The notes beneath the pieces are model-generated. The model searched no databases. It worked only from the letters and a program-made list of their open reading frames with translations, and was not told the DNA's origin. From Rebecca billardiae RCC1528 (taxonomy: Eukaryota; Protista; Haptophyta), in assembly GCA_965240325.2 (NCBI GenBank), contig OZ251226.1, forward strand, positions 1,798,001 to 1,862,000: DNA of 64,000 nt, given 5' to 3'. The position numbers were made by a program, and so were the translations under genes. Positions 57,900-64,000 of the stretch are shown piece after piece. Position 1 is the first letter of the stretch. The number at the start of each line of letters is the position of its first letter.

Positions 57900-60206
57900 T
57901 TACACGCCAGACTTGAGGAGGACCATGCCATCGTCGCGCGCCGGAAGCGCAATCGGCTCGGCAAGCCAAGTCGAGCGCGTCTCCGGCGGCAGGTGGGCCA
58001 GCACGGGCGCGTCGTCGCCGTTCAGCGGCTCGTCCTTCAGCAGAGCGCGGCCAAACCACAGGCCGGTCTCACGCCAGATCCGCTCGGCATCCGCGGGCTT
58101 GTAGACCGCGTAGAGCGCGTCGCGTACCTTCTTGGCACTCTTGCAGCGGCCGGCGCCATCGAAGAGCGCATCCGCCATGGCGCACCCGTCGCTGGGCAGC
58201 AAGGAGAATCGCAGCTTGAGCGTGCCGTTCCAGTTCAGACCGATAGGGCTGTACGCGAAGAGGTGGACATACGGCTGCAGCATCCAGCCGGCAGCCAGAT
58301 CTTGCGTAGCGAGCTTGCGGTTCAGAGCGCCAATGCGGCTGACGCCTTTCGCAATCTGCGACCACACCTGCTGCATGGGCGCCGACGTAAGGCCTTTCCG
58401 CGGTATGCCGTGGATGCGCTGCAGCGTTGGGCCGAAGAAGCGGACAAAGGCGATGTCAAAGTCCGTCTCGGACGCGATGCCCCATCGCGGCTGCTCGACG
58501 TCGACCGACATGTCGACGAGCACGATCGTCCGCAGCGGCGAGAGGCGAGCGCGCATGACCAGCCCGTAGATCTCGGAGAGATGCGTCCGCGCCCACTCGG
58601 CCACAACCTCACGAAAGCCATCGTTTGCGCTCATCGACGCCGACGACCGCGTGCCGTCGTCGTGCTGTGCGAGGCTGGCGCACTCGTGGCGGTGGCCGGC
58701 CTTCCAGTGCTTGCGCTGGCACTCGGCCGAGCAGTACGTCGTCACCAAGCACCCCTTGCATCGCTTGCGCTCGGACGGAAGGAGCAACTGGTGGCACGCC
58801 TGGCAGCTGTCGCAGACACCACCCAACTGCGGCAACTTGAACTTGGCGCCGCCGAGCGTCGCCTCTGCGTCCGGCGGGCGGAGTCGTATCGCTGCGAGCG
58901 CCGAGCGCAGCAGCGCAGCCGCCCGGTCGCTGATGGGCGGCGCGCTGCTGAGCGCGCGCTCGAGCGCGGCACCCATCTCCTCGGGTGAGCTGCCGAGCGC
59001 CGTGTTCTTGCCGAAAAAGAGCTTGCTCATTTTCTGCGCACCCTCATCTTCGTGGCCGAGGTAGTACGGCTGCCCGAGCGCTACGATCAGCTTATCGGCA
59101 GACTCGCGCGCGTCGCGCCAGACAGCTTGCTGCCAGTCGGCGGCACGCGCCCACTCGGCGCGCTCGAGCAGTGCGGGCTGAAAGTCATCCGCCGTCGCCT
59201 CCGCACGCGCGAGCTGAAGCACCGCGGCCGCGAGGCCGCCCGCTTTGACCACGCGGTCAGGCACGATCCTGGTGAGCACACCCAGCAGGTTAAACGCGCA
59301 GCAGCGCGACGCGCGCGTTGCCTCCTTCTGCTCGAGGTGCTCAACCGCCGTCTGCCAGGACGCGGGAGCACACGGCCCAAAGACGGGCGCGCGCGCGGCG
59401 GACACGCATGCCGCCTCGAGCTCCCCCTCGAGTAAAGCAGAAGCAGCGGCGATGGTGGCTCGCAGGTGAGCATCCCCATCCGCGCGCTCGCCTGCCGATG
59501 GCGAGTGCGCCTCGCCGCGCGCGTGATTGAACACAAGCGTTGCAAGCGCGCGCATGGCCATCGCTGGCAAATGCGGCGTGCGCTTTGCGAGCGCCTGATC
59601 TTGGATCATGCCGCAGAGCGGCTCGAGCACGTCAGCGTTGAGAAGGAGCGGCGCGAGCTCGGCTGACGTAGAGCAGAAGCTCACGTGCTTGATGGCCGTC
59701 GTCCGATCACACTCGTGCTCCTCGGTGCCACGCCGCGCGAAGCGCGCTGCGCGTGTGGCGAAGGCGCGGATGCCCGCCGCAAACGCTCCATCCGCCGGCG
59801 CGTGCGCCATCGCGCGACTGATGACGTCGAGGTCATCCCAGCCTGCGAAGCGAAACACGCACGTCGCTGGCACCGACACCATCGTATCGTAGCGCATGTC
59901 CGCGACCGCGTCCGCGTCTTGCTCATCCAGGTACCAGCGCAAGCTGGGGAACACATCGTAGCGGCCGTCGCGCAGCGGCAAGGCGAGAGTCACCAGATGC
60001 CCACGCACGCGCTCGTCGACCTCGTCGCCGAGAATGAGCGCGGGCAGGCCAGTGCAACCGACTGCATGCATGGTGTCGTCTCGCTTGGCGAAGGCTAAAG
60101 GGGCGCGCGGGCGCCGTCGTCCGTTGTCGTGATGAGAAGAGCGTGTGGGTATGGCCAGGCGCGACGCAGGCTGAAGCGAACTTTCAATTCGCTCGGCTCC
60201 TCGCAT
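57900..60206 (-). CDS. MYND zinc-finger protein with ARM-like helical region (start may be 60071)
   Basis: CQACHQ...RCKGCLVTTYCSAECQRKHWKAGHRHEC. Confidence 0.8.
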   Translation of the reverse strand: MRGAERIESSLQPASRLAIPTRSSHHDNGRRRPRAPLAFAKRDDTMHAVGCTGLPALILGDEVDERVRGHLVTLALPLRDGRYDVFPSLRWYLDEQDADAVADMRYDTMVSVPATCVFRFAGWDDLDVISRAMAHAPADGAFAAGIRAFATRAARFARRGTEEHECDRTTAIKHVSFCSTSAELAPLLLNADVLEPLCGMIQDQALAKRTPHLPAMAMRALATLVFNHARGEAHSPSAGERADGDAHLRATIAAASALLEGELEAACVSAARAPVFGPCAPASWQTAVEHLEQKEATRASRCCAFNLLGVLTRIVPDRVVKAGGLAAAVLQLARAEATADDFQPALLERAEWARAADWQQAVWRDARESADKLIVALGQPYYLGHEDEGAQKMSKLFFGKNTALGSSPEEMGAALERALSSAPPISDRAAALLRSALAAIRLRPPDAEATLGGAKFKLPQLGGVCDSCQACHQLLLPSERKRCKGCLVTTYCSAECQRKHWKAGHRHECASLAQHDDGTRSSASMSANDGFREVVAEWARTHLSEIYGLVMRARLSPLRTIVLVDMSVDVEQPRWGIASETDFDIAFVRFFGPTLQRIHGIPRKGLTSAPMQQVWSQIAKGVSRIGALNRKLATQDLAAGWMLQPYVHLFAYSPIGLNWNGTLKLRFSLLPSDGCAMADALFDGAGRCKSAKKVRDALYAVYKPADAERIWRETGLWFGRALLKDEPLNGDDAPVLAHLPPETRSTWLAEPIALPARDDGMVLLKSGV

Positions 60207-60991
60207 TGGTCAACAACAAATGTGTCCTGTACTCATGATTCTAATTGTAGCAGCCACCAATAGGAGCGGCGAATCCACGCAGACAAATTGGATCCGGCCC
60301 CGGACAGGATCTGTTCGCGCGCGAAGTGCCAAGCCGCTCCGTTTTCCCGCGCGCGCGCTGAGTCGGCCACATCGACCATTGGGTTTTTAAATAAATAATT
60401 AAAACATCGAGCATCGATGATGACGCTGGCCACTGCGCTGCGCAGCTCGCATGGACCGCTGCTGTGTTCCCCGCCACTGGCCACTCTCACTGACAATGAC
60501 AATAATCACTATAACTTAGAAGGCTCACAGTGGCGCGCGCATGCTCCGGGTCCGCGCTAGGCCAGACCGCCAGAGTGATTTAAAAGTGAAGTACTCCCGT
60601 TGGCTCAGACTCCAGTGAGGTCTCTGGCCCCGGTCGGGCCTGAGGCTGAGCGCGCGGACCGTCCCGGCCGCCTCACCGCCGTTGGCCTGTCAGAATAAAC
60701 GTGAGACGTCGTACGACTCAATCACTCCCGACGGCCGACTGGGCGACTGGCCTGACGACTGGCCGAGACCCGACGGCAGGGCTGTGAGGGCAACGGCTTG
60801 GGAGCCAGCCGCAGCCGTATCATGGCTCGTCAGTCCGCGAGTAATCGTGGATTCGTGGGATTTCCGAAACAAAGTCGGCAGGCCGGGTCCGCCTGCAAGC
60901 ACGGGAAATCGGCCTGATCTGCGAGAAGCCAGCCAGCCTCGGCGCGAGCAGCCATGCGGCCGCGGGTGGTGTGCGGCGCGCAGCAGGTGGC

Positions 60992-61588
60992 TCAATCCTC
61001 CAGATCCTGGGCTTCCGCGCGGAGCTCGCTCAGGGCCTCGTTCAGCTCAGCGGTGATCTCGTTGACCTTGGTCGCCAGCGCGGCAGCGTCGGCCTTGAGC
61101 TCAGCATCGGCTTCGAACTGCGCGGAGGAGACGCGCTGCCGCGCGCTCTGCAGCTGCAGCACCCTCTCGAGCCGCGATGCCTCGAGCTTATTGACGCCCT
61201 CAAGCATCTGCGCGAGTGGAGACTGGCCACTGTCGCGAAGGCGCGCACACATCGCGTCTGCGGTGGCTCCGAGGGTGGAGAAGTGTTGCTTGATGCGCTC
61301 AACAAGAGTTGAGTATGCGCCCGGGTCTGCCAAGGTCACTGCCGTCTCGAAGCCATCCTCCAGTGCGCGGTGCAGCGCGACGCGGTCTTGGCTGATGCCG
61401 CTCAGGAATGCGGCGATGACCTTTGTCGGCGTGATGTCGCCCGTGACGGCATCCACGCCGACCGACGGGGCGAAACCATCGTTCAGGGCCCACTGCCCCT
61501 TGGCAACGGGCTCGCTGTGCTCTCCACCGCGCGCCGGCACACTCAGCGTGACGGCTGCACGCGTGACTGCTCCTCGTCCGTCCGCCAT
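60992..61588 (-). CDS. REX1-B-like DNA repair protein
   Basis: FL...QDRVALHRALEDGF...YSTLVERIKQHF...LAQMLEGVNKLEASRL...ELNEALSELRAE fits the REX1B/C19orf60 pattern. Confidence 0.65.
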   Translation of the reverse strand: MADGRGAVTRAAVTLSVPARGGEHSEPVAKGQWALNDGFAPSVGVDAVTGDITPTKVIAAFLSGISQDRVALHRALEDGFETAVTLADPGAYSTLVERIKQHFSTLGATADAMCARLRDSGQSPLAQMLEGVNKLEASRLERVLQLQSARQRVSSAQFEADAELKADAAALATKVNEITAELNEALSELRAEAQDLED

Positions 61589-61770
61589 GTTTGAGTTGGT
61601 TGCTTCTTCGTGCGTTCCAGCGCTTCCACCCGCCGGCTTCGGGCGGGACTTCGTCATCATTTTGTCGGCCGCTCGCCCGTGCATTTCGGGCGACGAAGCC
61701 GCGAAGCGCGAGCTCGCGCCCGGACGACAGTGCTTCCGATGCGCTCGGAATCAGGGGGCTTTGCTGCACG

Positions 61771-63048
61771 ATGTCGTCGCCGATCGAAGACAACGACGTG
61801 GCGACGGAGTGCACGCTCGTGCGCGCGGATGGGTGCCGCGTGCACCTCATCGGCACGTGCCACCTCTCCGATGATGCAGCACGGCTGACGGGAGACACCA
61901 TCCGAGCCCTGCGACCGCAGACAGTCGTCATCGAACTGTGCGATGAGCGGCGTGAGATGCTGCACCGCCCGCCTGTGGGCCAACCGGATGACTCAGCGGA
62001 CGACACCGCCGAGACGTCGCTCCGCTCCCCCGGGGCGGCCATGGGCGCAGTGTTGCTCAACTGGACCGAGCTCATCTCGGTGATGTACGCGTCCTTCGAG
62101 ACGCTCACGCAGCGCAACACGGGCGCTGAGTTTGCCGAGGCGCTCGAGGCGGCCGAGGAGGTCGGCGCTCGCGTCGTGCTCGGCGATCGGCGGGCGAGTG
62201 TGACCACGAGCCGCATGCAGCGGCTCGTTCCGCTTCGAGAGCTGCTTCTCGACGTGCACCTGCTCCAGTACGACCACTCCGCGCAGCAGGCAATACGGCG
62301 CGCGCGCACGCTCGAGGGCTGCATCTCGCGCGCGGATGCGCTGCAGCTGCGGGCCGCGCCTGCGTGCGCCACGGGCGCGGCGGAGCCGGCGCACTCGGCC
62401 GATGGCGCGGTCGCGCCCGCCGCGGGGTTGGCCGACGAGCTCCGTGCGCTGCGCGCCTCGATCGCTGACGCGCACCGCACCTCGCTCGCCGATGCCGTCG
62501 ACGGCGTCGTGTGGCGCGTGCTGCGCAAGTTCTGGCGCAAGGAGCTGATTGACGAAACCGACAAGGAGACGCTGCGCTGGGCGATGGACCGGCTCGGGCT
62601 GATCGACCCGCTCGCCGAGGCGCCGTTCCCGGGCACGATGCGGCGCATCCTCGTGCACGAGCGCGACCAGCTCCTCGCCGACTCGCTCGCGCGCGCCCGC
62701 GGGCCGGTCGTCGTGGGCGTGGTGGGCAAGGCGCACGTGTCGGGCATCGAGCGCGCCTTCCGCGAAGGGATCGAGCCTGCCGAGCAGCTGGACGGGTACC
62801 TGCACACGCCGCCGTGGCAGCCACGCCCGTGGCACGCGGGCGCGGCGGCGGCGCTGGCCGGCGCGGCGTTCGGCTGCGTGCGCTCGCGCGCCTTCCGCCG
62901 CTCGGTGGGCGTCACCGCGGCGGGGCTTGGCGTGGGCCTGGCGTGGCTCAACTACGAGGTGCGCGACCGCATGCGCTTCTTCGAGCACAGCCAGCGGCAG
63001 CTCTCCTCGCGGGCGGCAGTCGCGCGCACGATCGACGCGCACGAGTGA
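61771..63048 (+). CDS. TRABD: TraB domain-containing protein
   Basis: VHLIGTCHLS, RPQTVVIELCDER, GAEF, VLGDR, LVHERDQLLA, VVGVVGKAHVSGI, C-terminal hydrophobic tail. Confidence 0.88.
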   Translation: MSSPIEDNDVATECTLVRADGCRVHLIGTCHLSDDAARLTGDTIRALRPQTVVIELCDERREMLHRPPVGQPDDSADDTAETSLRSPGAAMGAVLLNWTELISVMYASFETLTQRNTGAEFAEALEAAEEVGARVVLGDRRASVTTSRMQRLVPLRELLLDVHLLQYDHSAQQAIRRARTLEGCISRADALQLRAAPACATGAAEPAHSADGAVAPAAGLADELRALRASIADAHRTSLADAVDGVVWRVLRKFWRKELIDETDKETLRWAMDRLGLIDPLAEAPFPGTMRRILVHERDQLLADSLARARGPVVVGVVGKAHVSGIERAFREGIEPAEQLDGYLHTPPWQPRPWHAGAAAALAGAAFGCVRSRAFRRSVGVTAAGLGVGLAWLNYEVRDRMRFFEHSQRQLSSRAAVARTIDAHE

Positions 63049-64000
63049 GCGAGGCATCTCGTCTGGCCGCGCTGAGCGCGTAGGCCTCACGGCGAGCGCG
63101 AGCCGCAGCCGCCGTAGCCAGCAGGCGGCTGCGCCAGAAGCTACCGCGTACGAGTAGTTAGTATGAGCAGCTAGCTACTGGCTACGCCGCGCGGTGTCGT
63201 CGCCATGACCGCCATGGCGCCCCCCATGCCGGACTGCAGCTAGCTTTTGGTCCGACGCGCCGTCGTCAGCTTTTACGCGCGTGTGACTCACGCGGAGTCG
63301 GACTGATCACCGAGCAGACCGGAGTTGAGTAGTACGACTATATAGTCGTTATCATCGACGATATGAAACCGTACCGCGGCCTACTGGTACTCAGTAGTAG
63401 CTAACCATTGTACAGCCCAGACGAGTCAGAGTGCCAGTCGTGACTCGTGACGAGTTGACTTATTAGCAGCAGTGCTATTAGCAGTCGAGTGACGTAACGC
63501 GGCAGGCGCCCGCCGGCCGCGCCCGGCCGAGTTCACGGACATATATATCACATCATATATAACGAGCCCGATATGTACCCGATCGAGGCCGAGGGTCAGG
63601 CCTCAGGCCGGGAGTTCGAGCGTGTGATGCAGGCGCAGCTGTGAGCTGGGCCAGCTGGGCCACAGGCCAGGGACATCTAGTCAGCCTCAGACGTACGTAG
63701 TATTAAGTATACATCCCGACGACTAAAATCTAAATATTCGTCATTTTAAAATCTGTATCAGTGATGCATGAGTTACATGCAATAATAACTATATGTCATA
63801 ATCATTCGCGGCACGGTCTCCGAGATCGGGACACTGATAGTACCGTTGAAGTCCGAGTGAACTCACATCATCAGCAGCATAAGTAAGATCGAGTCGACGA
63901 TAGTAGTCGTTAATATAAAGTATTCAATAAATACGATTATAATGGATATGACTACGTCGTCTTTCTTGGCGGCCGGCAGGCCCGGCAGCATGCGCGCTCG

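Overview
Eukaryotic, very GC-rich nuclear DNA with short GC-rich spliceosomal introns (GTGCGC...CGCAG). It carries a plastid-lumen FKBP and cilium genes. The best inference is a haptophyte-like microalga (Pavlova/Diacronema type); this is not proven. About 22 protein-coding genes are recognisable: GCN2, an SPPPP-rich membrane protein, THUMPD1, an I9-like protein, a RING1/F-box/LRR chimera, a REC114-like candidate, FKBP, ADAT1, a tandem Urg1/URC1-type GTP cyclohydrolase II, ceramide synthase, UBL5, a TTLL enzyme, GPAT, two paralogous unknown proteins, NmrA, DUF4126, CFAP251, LAMTOR2, a MYND protein, REX1B and TRABD. Between them lie several non-autonomous DNA-transposon-like elements (two clear Tc1/mariner-type MITEs), decayed gene fragments and TA microsatellites. 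Most notable: (1) a local paralog pair with near-identical tracts interrupted by hypervariable non-synonymous patches; (2) a Polycomb RING1-type RING fused in frame to an F-box/LRR module; (3) a doubled URC1-like enzyme whose first copy lacks two Zn-binding cysteines; (4) a possible divergent REC114/PHS1; (5) a CpG-depleted MITE suggesting TE-targeted methylation. All family calls come from motif recognition by eye. No searches were run, and splice and start coordinates are approximate.
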